Of a DNA stretch of 64,000 nucleotides, positions 1-10,255 are shown one piece after another. The DNA lies in the NCBI GenBank assembly GCA_012519195.1, contig JAAYQP010000099.1, positions 1,318 through 65,317 of the forward strand, written 5' to 3'. The notes under the pieces were generated by a model. It worked only from the letters and a program-made list of their open reading frames with translations. It was not told where the DNA came from and searched no databases. The stretch's first letter is position 1. Each line of letters begins with the position of its first letter. This DNA is from Clostridiales bacterium (lineage in GTDB: Bacteria > Bacillota > Clostridia > Lachnospirales > Lachnospiraceae). A program made the position numbers and the translations under genes.

Positions 1-2
1 AA

Positions 3-203
3 GAGGCTCTTAAGGTTACCAATAAATCGGTTATGGAAGCCTTGGAGGGACTACCTCCGGTTAAAGTGCACTGTTCCCTATTAGCAGAGGAAGCGATTCA
101 TGCTGCTCTCTGGGACTATGCTCAAAAGAACAATATTAAGATTGAAGGCCTATCCAAACCCAAGGATGATATTAGTGAGGAAGAGCAAGAGCCAGAATAT
201 TAA
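3..203 (+). CDS. nifU: Fe-S cluster assembly scaffold NifU/IscU, C-terminal fragment (5' end outside window)
   Basis: Frame 3 is open from the window edge. The translation ...LPPVKVHCSLLAEEAIHAALWDYAQKN... matches the conserved third-cysteine region of IscU/NifU scaffolds. Stop TAA at 201-203. It lies directly upstream of mnmA, as in many Firmicutes. Confidence 0.75.
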   Translation, partial: EALKVTNKSVMEALEGLPPVKVHCSLLAEEAIHAALWDYAQKNNIKIEGLSKPKDDISEEEQEPEY

Positions 204-284
204 AATGCGAATAGCATTGTCATGAACTGAAAGAAACAATCGATATATGTGACAAAATAGGAAGGATATACAAAGGTGATTACC

Positions 285-1427
285 ATGGAAAAAGTAGTTG
301 TAGGAATGTCTGGAGGCGTTGACTCCTCAGTAGCAGCATATCTCTTAAAAAAACAAGGGTATGATGTTATTGGTGTTACGATGCAGATATGGCAAGACGA
401 GGATGTCTGCACCTTGGAGGAAAACGGAGGGTGTTGCGGACTCAGTGCTGTAGAGGATGCTAGAAGAGTTGCAGCAGTCCTGGATATCCCCTACTACGTA
501 ATGAACTTCAAGCAGGAATTTAAAGAGAATGTAATGGATTATTTTGTATCGGAGTATTTGCAAGCGAGGACTCCGAATCCTTGTATAGCCTGCAACCGTT
601 ATGTTAAGTGGGAATCCCTATTGAGACGTTCCATGAACATTGGTGCTTCCTATATAGCCACAGGGCATTATGCAAGGATAATAAAATTGCCCAATGGTAG
701 ATATACCATAAAGAAATCGGTCACACAGGCCAAGGATCAAACCTATGCATTATATAATCTGACTCAGCATCAGCTGGCTCATACCCTTATGCCCGTTGGA
801 GAGTATAGTAAGGAAGAGATCCGCATGCTTGCGAATGAAAGTAAACTACCGGTAGCAAATAAGCCGGATAGTCAGGAGATTTGCTTTGTATCGGATAACG
901 ATTATGCTGGATTTATAGAAACTTACCTTAAGGATAAGGGGACGAAGGAGCTAGGGGCTCAGCCTTTAAATAATAAGGATGGATTAGATGGAGTCGTTGG
1001 ATTGACGCCCGGTAACTTTGTAAATACTGACGGAGAAGTGATAGGAAAACATAAAGGACTTATACATTATACCGTCGGACAAAGGAAAGGTTTAAATCTA
1101 GCAATGGGACATCCAGTATTTGTCCTAGAACTTAGACCAGAAACCAATGAAGTTGTTATAGGAAATGCTGATGACGTATTTTCAGACCATCTGTATGCGA
1201 CTCAATTGAACTTCATGGCGATTGAAGATCTAGAAGGAGAAATGACCGTTGATGCAAAGATACGCTATAGTCATAAGGGAGCTCGTGCTATCATAAAGAG
1301 AACCGGTAAGGATGAAATTCTATGTATCTTTGAGGAACCACAGCGAGCCATTACTCCCGGACAAGCAGTAGTATTATATCAGGATGATATAATCATCGGT
1401 GGTGGAACAATTACAAATAAGCACTAA
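285..1427 (+). CDS. mnmA: tRNA 2-thiouridine(34) synthase MnmA
   Basis: PP-loop motif VVGMSGGVDSS at the N-terminus, with length and overall sequence typical of MnmA. ATG 285 follows AAGGTG. The ORF track starts 9 nt earlier at GTG 276. Confidence 0.93.
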   Translation: MEKVVVGMSGGVDSSVAAYLLKKQGYDVIGVTMQIWQDEDVCTLEENGGCCGLSAVEDARRVAAVLDIPYYVMNFKQEFKENVMDYFVSEYLQARTPNPCIACNRYVKWESLLRRSMNIGASYIATGHYARIIKLPNGRYTIKKSVTQAKDQTYALYNLTQHQLAHTLMPVGEYSKEEIRMLANESKLPVANKPDSQEICFVSDNDYAGFIETYLKDKGTKELGAQPLNNKDGLDGVVGLTPGNFVNTDGEVIGKHKGLIHYTVGQRKGLNLAMGHPVFVLELRPETNEVVIGNADDVFSDHLYATQLNFMAIEDLEGEMTVDAKIRYSHKGARAIIKRTGKDEILCIFEEPQRAITPGQAVVLYQDDIIIGGGTITNKH

Positions 1428-1460
1428 TGCATAGTTAAAGAATGCTTAAGAAAAGAATAA

Positions 1461-1495
1461 AAAATCAGGTTCTTATCTAGGAACCTGATTTTTTG
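1461..1495 (+). terminator. Rho-independent terminator of mnmA
   Basis: aaaatcaggttc / gaacctgatttt perfect 12-bp stem with an 8-nt loop, followed by a T-run. Confidence 0.8.
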
Positions 1496-1525
1496 GTGAA
1501 GGGATAAAATATCCTATTTAATAAA

Positions 1526-1810
1526 GGGTTGTCGGAGCAATGATAAATTTCAGCGCCTTCATAAAACTGCAATGTTTATCTTAACCGAAAAAAATAGCGA
1601 ATGATTTTTATCCATAAGAAGATCGTTTCTCGCCATCGGTACTTAGGTTGTGGCAGATTTATAGTCTGCTGCAACCTTATGTACCGCTATGTGCGAGAAC
1701 CGAGCGAGAGCGTATCTACGATGGATAAAAATCATTCGCTATTTAAAATAATATATATGCGATAAACATTAGTTTCTTGATAATAGGCGCTGAACAAAAT
1801 GCGACAGCCC
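1526..1810. repeat. Long nested imperfect palindrome (family A, copy 1), core 1626-1699
   Basis: Successive complementary arm segments surround a centre near 1660 (listed in findings). The core is homologous to 37458-37532. Confidence 0.8.
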
Positions 1811-1842
1811 ATTAGGGAAGTACTCTATTATTTGCCTTCTAA

Positions 1843-2661
1843 TTATAGCTTTTCGTATATTGGTTTACCCTGTTTAAATACAGCATAGTAGCGGAAACCA
1901 ATATCTTTAAGTAAATCCGGTATCACTCCAAAGTCATAGCAAAGATGCTCTGGTTTATGGGCATCGGATCCAATGGTGATCAGTTCCCCACCTAGTTCAC
2001 GGTATCGCTTTAATACCTTTGGCTCTGGATGGGGACGGCCTAAGCCGTATTTATATCCAGAGGTGTTAACTTCAATCCCTTTTCCGCAAGAGAGAATGGT
2101 CTTAAGGACTTCATCCAAAATATCGGAGTAATCCTCATACCGATAGGTGAAGTTTTTCTTTAAGTGCTCTGGTACATAACGGACGATATAATCTATATGT
2201 CCATATACATGGAAGCAATCAATTGCTTTACAGCTTTCGATAATGGATTCATAGTACCTGTGGATTCCTTCCTTTGCGGTTTTATCCATCCAATATTCGG
2301 GATAATAGGGATCCATATGGTCAACGACATGGGTGGAACCTATGATAAAGTCATGAGGATAGCTTTGTACTAAAGCATCCACCTGTGACTTTAGGTGGGG
2401 CTGCAGACCAAGTTCAACTCCGGTTAATATCTCTATTTTATCTTTATATTGCTCTTTTAATTCCTCTAGTTTACGATAGTACCCCTCTGGTTCAAATATA
2501 AAAGTATAACTATTTTTCTGAACAGGATAATCATAATCCATATGATCGGTAAAGCAAAGCTTCTTTAGACCTAATTGGATTGCCCTGTCAATCATTTGCT
2601 CCATGGGGGCTTCGGAATCGCTGGAAAATGCTGAATGTAGATGGTAATCTGCTATAATCAA
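1843..2661 (-). CDS. Histidinol-phosphatase HisJ-family / PHP-domain phosphoesterase
   Basis: N-terminal DYHLHSxFSxDS and internal DH/GHxD metal-binding motifs of the PHP family. TTG start preceded by GAGGAG. Confidence 0.85.
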   Translation of the reverse strand: MIIADYHLHSAFSSDSEAPMEQMIDRAIQLGLKKLCFTDHMDYDYPVQKNSYTFIFEPEGYYRKLEELKEQYKDKIEILTGVELGLQPHLKSQVDALVQSYPHDFIIGSTHVVDHMDPYYPEYWMDKTAKEGIHRYYESIIESCKAIDCFHVYGHIDYIVRYVPEHLKKNFTYRYEDYSDILDEVLKTILSCGKGIEVNTSGYKYGLGRPHPEPKVLKRYRELGGELITIGSDAHKPEHLCYDFGVIPDLLKDIGFRYYAVFKQGKPIYEKL

Positions 2662-2681
2662 TTGAAATCTCCTCTCTATTC

Positions 2682-4454
2682 TTATGGAATCATTTCTATG
2701 CCTGATATGTCCGTTGAGGCAATCATGGAATAGTTTGTGTAGTATACCACAAACCCAGGTTTTCCACCACTGGGTTTTTTGATATTTTTTCTTAAAGTAT
2801 AATCGATTTCTACTTTATCTGAGTCCCTTGCGCTGGAATAATAGGCAGCAAGCCTTGCAGCTTCCTCAAAGGTTCGGTCAGGGAGTTCTTGTCCGCCGGC
2901 TTTAACAATGACATGGGAACCAGCTATCTTTTTTGCATGAAACCACCAGTCCCCACCTTCCGCAAACTGGAAGGTTAATTCATCATTCTGGAAATTATTC
3001 TTTCCGACATAGATATGATAACCGTCGGAGGAAATATAATGGAATGGCTTGCTTTTACCAGTAGCAGATTTCTTAAACTTCATTCGATTGGATTGTTCCG
3101 CTTTGCCGGAAAGCTTTCGCTTCATATAGCCATATTCCATAAGCTCCTGTTTTAAAACAGCCAAATCCTCCTCATCTGTAGCGATTTCTAATGAAGTGCG
3201 AATCGATTCCAGATGGGTAAGTTCATCCGCAGTATCCTGAATTAACTTTGTAAGGGCCTCATAGGTCCTTTTTAATTTATTATATTTTTCGAAATAGCGC
3301 TTGGCATTTTCTATGGGAGATAGGGTAGGATCCAGGGGAATACAAATCTCTTCGTTGTTGTAATAGTTAATTGACTTTAATTCTTTAGCTCCTGGTTCCA
3401 ATTCATAACCGTAGGTTGTGATTAACTCACCATAGACTTTATACTTGTCTCTCTTCTCAGTATCCTTTAGCTGTTTTAACTGTAAGTCATATTTTTTGCT
3501 TTCCCGGTCAATGGCATTGGATACAACTTTACGAAGATCGGCTGATTTTTGATGCATTCTTGTCAAGGTGCTTTTGGTAGCATAGTAGCTTTCCAGCATC
3601 TTAGATGCTGAAGGATATTGTACGATTTCATAATTTTCATAACATTTTAAGGGAAGGCTGGAAAATTCAATAGGAGCTCCATTCTGATAGATGATATGGG
3701 GCATGAATTGTTCATCCTTAATATCCTCCATCATTCGCTCAAAATTACGAAATAGATGGAGCCCAGCGGCTTCCCCTAAGGCTACAGCGGACATGGAAGA
3801 ATCTAGGGATGCCCTACAGCAAAGTTCATTGGCCAGCAATGGACTGATTCCAGTAATACTGGTGTAGATTGCCTTGCTAATAGGCATGGGCTTCTTTAAT
3901 ATGGTATCCTGAAAGCTGTTAAAGGGAATGGAGAAAGGATCTAATTTTTTCGTGGTTTCAGGGATAAAGTAATCTCTACCCGGAAGAACCTCCCGGATTG
4001 AGCTGATAAACTGATTGACACGTTTAATACTATCAATGATTTTCATATCTTCATCACAAAAGATGATGTTGCTATGTTTCCCCATTAGTTCAATAATCAG
4101 ATATTTAATCCGAAGGTCTCCAAGTTCATCTAGGTGTTCCAGCTTGAAATTTATAATACGTTCCATACTAGGCTGTGTGATATCAAGTATTCGGGCACTA
4201 GAAAGATGCTTACGTAATAGCATACAAAAATTTGGTGCCGTCAGCGGGCTTGGCTTATTAGTTTCAGTAAGATAGACCAGTGGTAAGCCGGCTGCTGCAG
4301 ATAGAAGTAACTTGTATTGTTCTTTTGTCTGTCCTTTTATTGTTAATATTAACTCATCCTTTTCTGGCTGGGCGATCTTGTTAATTCTCCCACCAAGAAG
4401 GGCATTTTTTAATTCATATACTATATTTGCTACGACAACTCCATCAAAAGCCAT
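2682..4454 (-). CDS. rqcH: Ribosome quality-control protein RqcH (NFACT / FbpA family)
   Basis: 590 aa. N-terminal MAFDGVVVxxxxxELxxxLxGGRIxKIxQP and C-terminal DxWFHAKxxxGSHVI motifs are typical of the NFACT family. Good RBS (AAAGGAG). Confidence 0.9.
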   Translation of the reverse strand: MAFDGVVVANIVYELKNALLGGRINKIAQPEKDELILTIKGQTKEQYKLLLSAAAGLPLVYLTETNKPSPLTAPNFCMLLRKHLSSARILDITQPSMERIINFKLEHLDELGDLRIKYLIIELMGKHSNIIFCDEDMKIIDSIKRVNQFISSIREVLPGRDYFIPETTKKLDPFSIPFNSFQDTILKKPMPISKAIYTSITGISPLLANELCCRASLDSSMSAVALGEAAGLHLFRNFERMMEDIKDEQFMPHIIYQNGAPIEFSSLPLKCYENYEIVQYPSASKMLESYYATKSTLTRMHQKSADLRKVVSNAIDRESKKYDLQLKQLKDTEKRDKYKVYGELITTYGYELEPGAKELKSINYYNNEEICIPLDPTLSPIENAKRYFEKYNKLKRTYEALTKLIQDTADELTHLESIRTSLEIATDEEDLAVLKQELMEYGYMKRKLSGKAEQSNRMKFKKSATGKSKPFHYISSDGYHIYVGKNNFQNDELTFQFAEGGDWWFHAKKIAGSHVIVKAGGQELPDRTFEEAARLAAYYSSARDSDKVEIDYTLRKNIKKPSGGKPGFVVYYTNYSMIASTDISGIEMIP

Positions 4455-4723
4455 GTTTCATCTCCTTTATCAAAAGCATTTACTTAAATTGATAATGCTG
4501 ACTGATACATTACAAGATTATAGCATACTATGAGCAAAAAGTTAAAACAAATAATAGGAAGATTTAATCTGTATCAAATGATAAGAAAAATATTTACTCA
4601 TACGATTATTATGATTTATAAAAATGAAGGAAATAGATAGGCTATAACTTCTTGTTATGATGAATATAATTAATAATTATATAGCAATCATGAATATTTA
4701 TTTATAAAAATTAAAAAAAAATA

Positions 4724-4752
4724 TTGCAATCGAATTTATCGATCTATATAAT
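4724..4752 (+). promoter_or_regulatory. Sigma-A type promoter for gdhA
   Basis: TTGCAA (4724-4729), a 17-nt spacer, then TATAAT (4747-4752), lying 75 nt upstream of the gdhA start in an AT-rich region. Confidence 0.5.
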
Positions 4753-4823
4753 AAAAAACATATTAAAATTCATATTAAATTTACACTTGCTTCTTTTGGT
4801 TTAGTCTGGATTAAAGGAGATAA

Positions 4824-6161
<1,338 letters not shown>

Positions 6162-6346
6162 AAAATCTAGTTTCTCCATATAATTTTCATGATTTAGTTC
6201 AGGAAGGAGAGACTTTAACAACCATTATCTTTGGCAATTGGAAAAATTAAATGAGATTCCTAGATTTCTATTGATTTTATGGTGAAATAAGGTAATATTA
6301 AGTTAGGCGATAAGTTATAATAGGAGGTAGAAAAGGAGGTAGCAAG

Positions 6347-6532
6347 TTGGAACAGAAAAAATTGTACCGGTCTTCTATGAATAAGATGATATGTGGTGTA
6401 TGTGGAGGAATCGCAGAATATATCAATATTGATCCTACGATTGTTCGATTGCTATGGGCGATCTCTATTTTTGCAGGAGGTTTCGGAGTTCTATTATACA
6501 TTATAGCGGCAATTATCATGCCGGTTCACTAA
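6347..6532 (+). CDS. PspC-domain membrane protein
   Basis: The 61-aa product contains LYRSxxxKMIxGVCGGIAEYxxIDPTIVRLLW followed by a TM helix, which is a canonical PspC domain. TTG start after AGGAGGTAGCAAG. Confidence 0.8.
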   Translation: MEQKKLYRSSMNKMICGVCGGIAEYINIDPTIVRLLWAISIFAGGFGVLLYIIAAIIMPVH

Positions 6533-6599
6533 GAATATCATCATTTTCATTCAAGAAATGTTTAAGATTAATAGTAAATAGAAATTGTTACAAATTTAA

Positions 6600-6651
6600 G
6601 GAAACAGGCTGCAACAGAACTTATTATGGATCGTTCTGTGACAGTCTGTTT
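6600..6651. terminator. Bidirectional hairpin terminator between pspC-like and cheY-like genes
   Basis: gaaacaggctgcaacagaac / gttctgtgacagtctgtttc forms a roughly 20-bp stem with 2-3 mismatches, flanked by A/T-rich runs on both sides. Confidence 0.55.
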
Positions 6652-6746
6652 CTTAATAATTAAGTGGATTGATTATTCATCTAGGTTTTTCATGGGTGCT
6701 TAGAACGAACAGTTTGCTTCATTAAGATATGGGTAATATAAAATAT

Positions 6747-7109
6747 TTATGAATTTAGCACCTTGTTTAAAATTCCAATAATCTGGGAAGCTTCAAATGG
6801 TTTAGCTAAGAATTCCACGGCACCATATTTAATGGCATCTACCATCTTGGTCTTCTGTCCAGCAGCAGTAACCATGATTACCTTAGCATTATTATCAAAT
6901 TCTATTATCTTTTTTAATGCCTCCAAACCGTCCATTACTGGCATGGTGATATCCATTGTTGTAATATCCGGGCGTAATTCCTTATATTTTTCGAAGCCTT
7001 CCTTACCATTCACAGCTTCTCCAATAATCTCATGTCCTTCTTCTTCCAAAATACCTCTTAGGATTTTACGTGATGTTTTCGAATCGTCAACCATCAGAAT
7101 TTTTGCCAT
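6747..7109 (-). CDS. cheY: Single-domain CheY-like response regulator
   Basis: 120 aa. Receiver residues MVDDS...DITMPxMDG...T...KP are all present. RBS AGGGGG. Confidence 0.9.
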   Translation of the reverse strand: MAKILMVDDSKTSRKILRGILEEEGHEIIGEAVNGKEGFEKYKELRPDITTMDITMPVMDGLEALKKIIEFDNNAKVIMVTAAGQKTKMVDAIKYGAVEFLAKPFEASQIIGILNKVLNS

Positions 7110-7120
7110 TGTTATACCCC

Positions 7121-8008
7121 CTAATTAATTCTTACTGGATTATTTACAGCAACAAGAAGATCAACTTGTTCTCCATTAATGAGAATTGGTAAAACATAGA
7201 TGTCTCCATCCGATATTAATTTTTGATTTATAACAAAAAATGGAGGAGTCATATCGATATGGATATCTTCCATACTTAGTTTCGAGGCATATAATCCATT
7301 CGTGCAATTAATAAATTCACAAACAGAATCAAATGCATCCTCATCCATTTCTGTAAAGTTTTCTTTTGCAAATGGTTCTGCAATATGTAAAAGCTCTTTC
7401 CCTTTCGCTGCAAAGCCAACAAAGAATTGTTGGTCACCTACCATTTGTTGAAAGGCAAGATTTCCAAAGGAATATTCCTTAGTCTTGTAGGATTTTTTAA
7501 GAACAATTGAACTATTAATGAAGCGGATAATGTTTCGAATGGCTAAGCCAATACAATCGCCGGTATAGGGAATATCTGTATCTACAAAAATAGGAATAAT
7601 ACGATCAATATCTCCGGATTTTAATGCATCAATATCACAATCGGATAAATCGTTATCAGCTTTATATTCCTCCAAACAAACTTCAATCTGTTCGAGGGTT
7701 AAAATATTATGATCCGTTACCGCTTGCACAAATTTGATATAGGGGTTTCCTTGCATATTGAGAAGGTAGGTAACTTCCTCTGCCAGAAGATAACCCTTTT
7801 CAATTGCTATATCACCAAAGCGCATATCCATCTTTTTCTGAAGTTCATTAATATCATCTGCCTGCTTGGTAGTTAATAATTTCTCTGCTACAGCAATGTC
7901 CCCTAATTTTACTGGTTTGTTTTCAAAATCCATCATTATTTTGTCAAGTTCTGCTTGAGAAATCTTATTATTCTCAACCAAGTAGCGTCCAAAATATTGC
8001 CCGAACAT
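7121..8008 (-). CDS. Fusion protein: three tandem MshEN/T2SSE_N-like motifs plus a C-terminal CheX/CheC-like phosphatase domain
   Basis: ATG at 8008 follows AAAGGAGAAAG; the ORF track extends 8 codons further upstream. The N-terminus has three 24-residue xxGxxLVxxxxIxxxxL motifs separated by 5-residue spacers. The C-terminus has DSVCEFIN (D-x3-E-x2-N) followed about 21-22 residues later by PP, as in CheC/CheX/FliY phosphatases. Confidence 0.7.
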   Translation of the reverse strand: MFGQYFGRYLVENNKISQAELDKIMMDFENKPVKLGDIAVAEKLLTTKQADDINELQKKMDMRFGDIAIEKGYLLAEEVTYLLNMQGNPYIKFVQAVTDHNILTLEQIEVCLEEYKADNDLSDCDIDALKSGDIDRIIPIFVDTDIPYTGDCIGLAIRNIIRFINSSIVLKKSYKTKEYSFGNLAFQQMVGDQQFFVGFAAKGKELLHIAEPFAKENFTEMDEDAFDSVCEFINCTNGLYASKLSMEDIHIDMTPPFFVINQKLISDGDIYVLPILINGEQVDLLVAVNNPVRIN

Positions 8009-8421
8009 GATCTTTCTCCTTTCGTGTTTCAAGATTTTTCCTATTACCTTTTTTGTATACTTGATGATGTAAAATTATGTGGCTATTGTAAAGATAGAAT
8101 AATAGCCATGAATAATTTCGCTGTTAAAAAAGAAAAATCTGATTAAGATGCAACCCCAATACAATCATTAATCAAACATTTTTAACAAACTCATATTTAT
8201 AATATACAACATTATATGTGAAAATAATAGTCTTTATTTGAAAAAAGTATCCAATTTTGTTGTATACTACAAAATTGTCATAAATATTAAGGGAATATGA
8301 CTTAATTTGTTATCCAAAAGCTAATAATGAATATTTATAAGAAAACTTTTCTATGGCTAATGACATTTTTTAAATGGTATGTTAAAGTATTGTTTAAGTT
8401 ATAGAAGAACTGGAGGTAACT

Positions 8422-10191
8422 ATGAGAAAAATTATTGAACGAATTGAAGAAGAAGTAAAACAAGCCTTTGTTGAAAATGGCTTTGATGAAAAATATGGAA
8501 TGGTTACGGTCTCAAATCGCCCGGACCTGTGTCAATTTCAATGCAATGGGGCATTAGCCGCAGCAAAACAATATAAGACTGCGCCAATGAATATTGCACA
8601 GCCTATTGTAGAGCAATTAAAGGGCAATAAAAAGTTTAAAGAAATCACAGCAATTATGCCGGGATTTATAAATATTACTTTAAGTGGTGAATTCCTTGCT
8701 GATTACCTGAATGAAATGAATCAATCCGATCATTTTGGCTGTGAAAAGGAAGCGAATCCGAAAACCATCATTATCGACTATGGTGGACCCAATATTGCAA
8801 AGCCTCTCCATGTAGGCCATATGCGTTCTGCTATCATTGGTGAAAGTATTAAAAGAATTTTACGCTTCATGGGCAATAAGGTGATTGGAGATGCCCATCT
8901 AGGCGATTGGGGAACCCAGATGGGACTTGTAATCGCTGGATTAAAGCAGAGAAAGCCAGATTTGGTTTATTTTGATGAAAGCTATGAAGGGGAGTATCCT
9001 CAGGAAGCTCCATTTACCATAGCGGAACTGGAGGAAATCTATCCCGCAGCTAGCGAATACTCCAAAAGCAATCCTGAATTTCGGGAGGAAGCAAAGCATA
9101 TCACCTATTTATTACAGAATGGACATAGGGGGTATACTGCACTATGGAACCATATTCTTAATGTGTCCGTTACAGATCTTAAGAAGGTATATGAGAAGTT
9201 AGGTGTCACCTTCGATCTTTGGAAGAAGGAAAGTGATGCTCAGCCTTATATACCTGATATGGTACAGTATTTCAAAGATAATAATTATGCAAGAATTAGT
9301 GAGGGTGCCTTGGTAGTCGATGTGAAAGAGGAAACAGATACCAAGGAAATACCTCCTTGCATGATATTAAAATCCGATGGTGCTACTCTTTATAATACAA
9401 CCGACTTAGCTACGATCGTAGAACGAATGAAACTATTTTCTCCGGATCGTATTATCTATATTACGGATAAACGGCAGGAGCTTTATTTTGAAACTGTTTT
9501 CCGTTGTGCTCGAAAGACCAAACTGGTTTCTGAGGATACCGTACTTAACTTCATCGGCTTTGGAACCATGAATGGAAAGGATGGGAAGCCCTTCAAGACT
9601 AGGGAAGGTGGGGTTATGCGTCTGGAGCACTTAATTAAAAGTGTAACGGATGAGGTATATGGCAAGATCATAGAGAACCGTAACATGGATCAAGAAGAGG
9701 CAAAGGATGTTGCCGAGAAGGTCGGTATCGCAGCATTAAAATACGGAGATCTTTCGAATCAGGTATCGAAGGATTATATCTTTGATGTAGAACGATTTAC
9801 CTCCTTTGAAGGTAATACAGGCCCATATATTCTGTATACGATTGTTCGTATTAAATCCATCCTTACAAAATATCAAGAACTAGGGAAGAAGCTTCCTGAC
9901 AAGTCGGTGATCCTGCCAGCTGCATCAACCAACGAGCAAAACCTGATGCTGTCATTAGCAAAATTCAATGAGGTTATCTATACCGCTTATGAAGAAACCG
10001 CCCCAAATAGGATTTGTCAATACATCTATGAGCTGTCCGATGCCTTTAACAGCTTCTATCATGAGACCAAGATCATCGCAGAAGAAGACGATATACGTCA
10101 GGCATCCTGGATAACCTTAATTACTTTGGTACAATCAATATTAATGATCTGCATCGACCTGATCGGTATTGAAGCTCCGGAAAGGATGTAA
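8422..10191 (+). CDS. argS: Arginine--tRNA ligase
   Basis: 589 aa. Class I HIGH-type motif PLHVGHMRS, GDWGTQMG, and the overall ArgRS layout. RBS GGAGGT. Confidence 0.93.
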   Translation: MRKIIERIEEEVKQAFVENGFDEKYGMVTVSNRPDLCQFQCNGALAAAKQYKTAPMNIAQPIVEQLKGNKKFKEITAIMPGFINITLSGEFLADYLNEMNQSDHFGCEKEANPKTIIIDYGGPNIAKPLHVGHMRSAIIGESIKRILRFMGNKVIGDAHLGDWGTQMGLVIAGLKQRKPDLVYFDESYEGEYPQEAPFTIAELEEIYPAASEYSKSNPEFREEAKHITYLLQNGHRGYTALWNHILNVSVTDLKKVYEKLGVTFDLWKKESDAQPYIPDMVQYFKDNNYARISEGALVVDVKEETDTKEIPPCMILKSDGATLYNTTDLATIVERMKLFSPDRIIYITDKRQELYFETVFRCARKTKLVSEDTVLNFIGFGTMNGKDGKPFKTREGGVMRLEHLIKSVTDEVYGKIIENRNMDQEEAKDVAEKVGIAALKYGDLSNQVSKDYIFDVERFTSFEGNTGPYILYTIVRIKSILTKYQELGKKLPDKSVILPAASTNEQNLMLSLAKFNEVIYTAYEETAPNRICQYIYELSDAFNSFYHETKIIAEEDDIRQASWITLITLVQSILMICIDLIGIEAPERM

Positions 10192-10255
10192 TCACTAGGA
10201 TAGAATTGTCTATATAGATGCTTTTCATAGAAAGTTTTAGGGAAGAAGGAACAAA

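Noticed and set aside
1601-1765. A 54-codon ORF (MIFIHKKIVSRHRYLGCGRFIVCCNLMYRYV...) running through the family A hairpin, which might have been a small toxin-like peptide.
   Set aside because: It has no RBS. The homologous copy at 37421-37578 has a 1-nt length difference in the apical loop that shifts the frame, so the peptide is not conserved while the base pairing is.
8033-8421. Possible T-box or other leader upstream of argS.
   Set aside because: No T-box consensus (GGGTGGTACC), specifier-loop context or terminator is present. The region is simply AT-rich promoter DNA shared with the divergent cheX-like operon.
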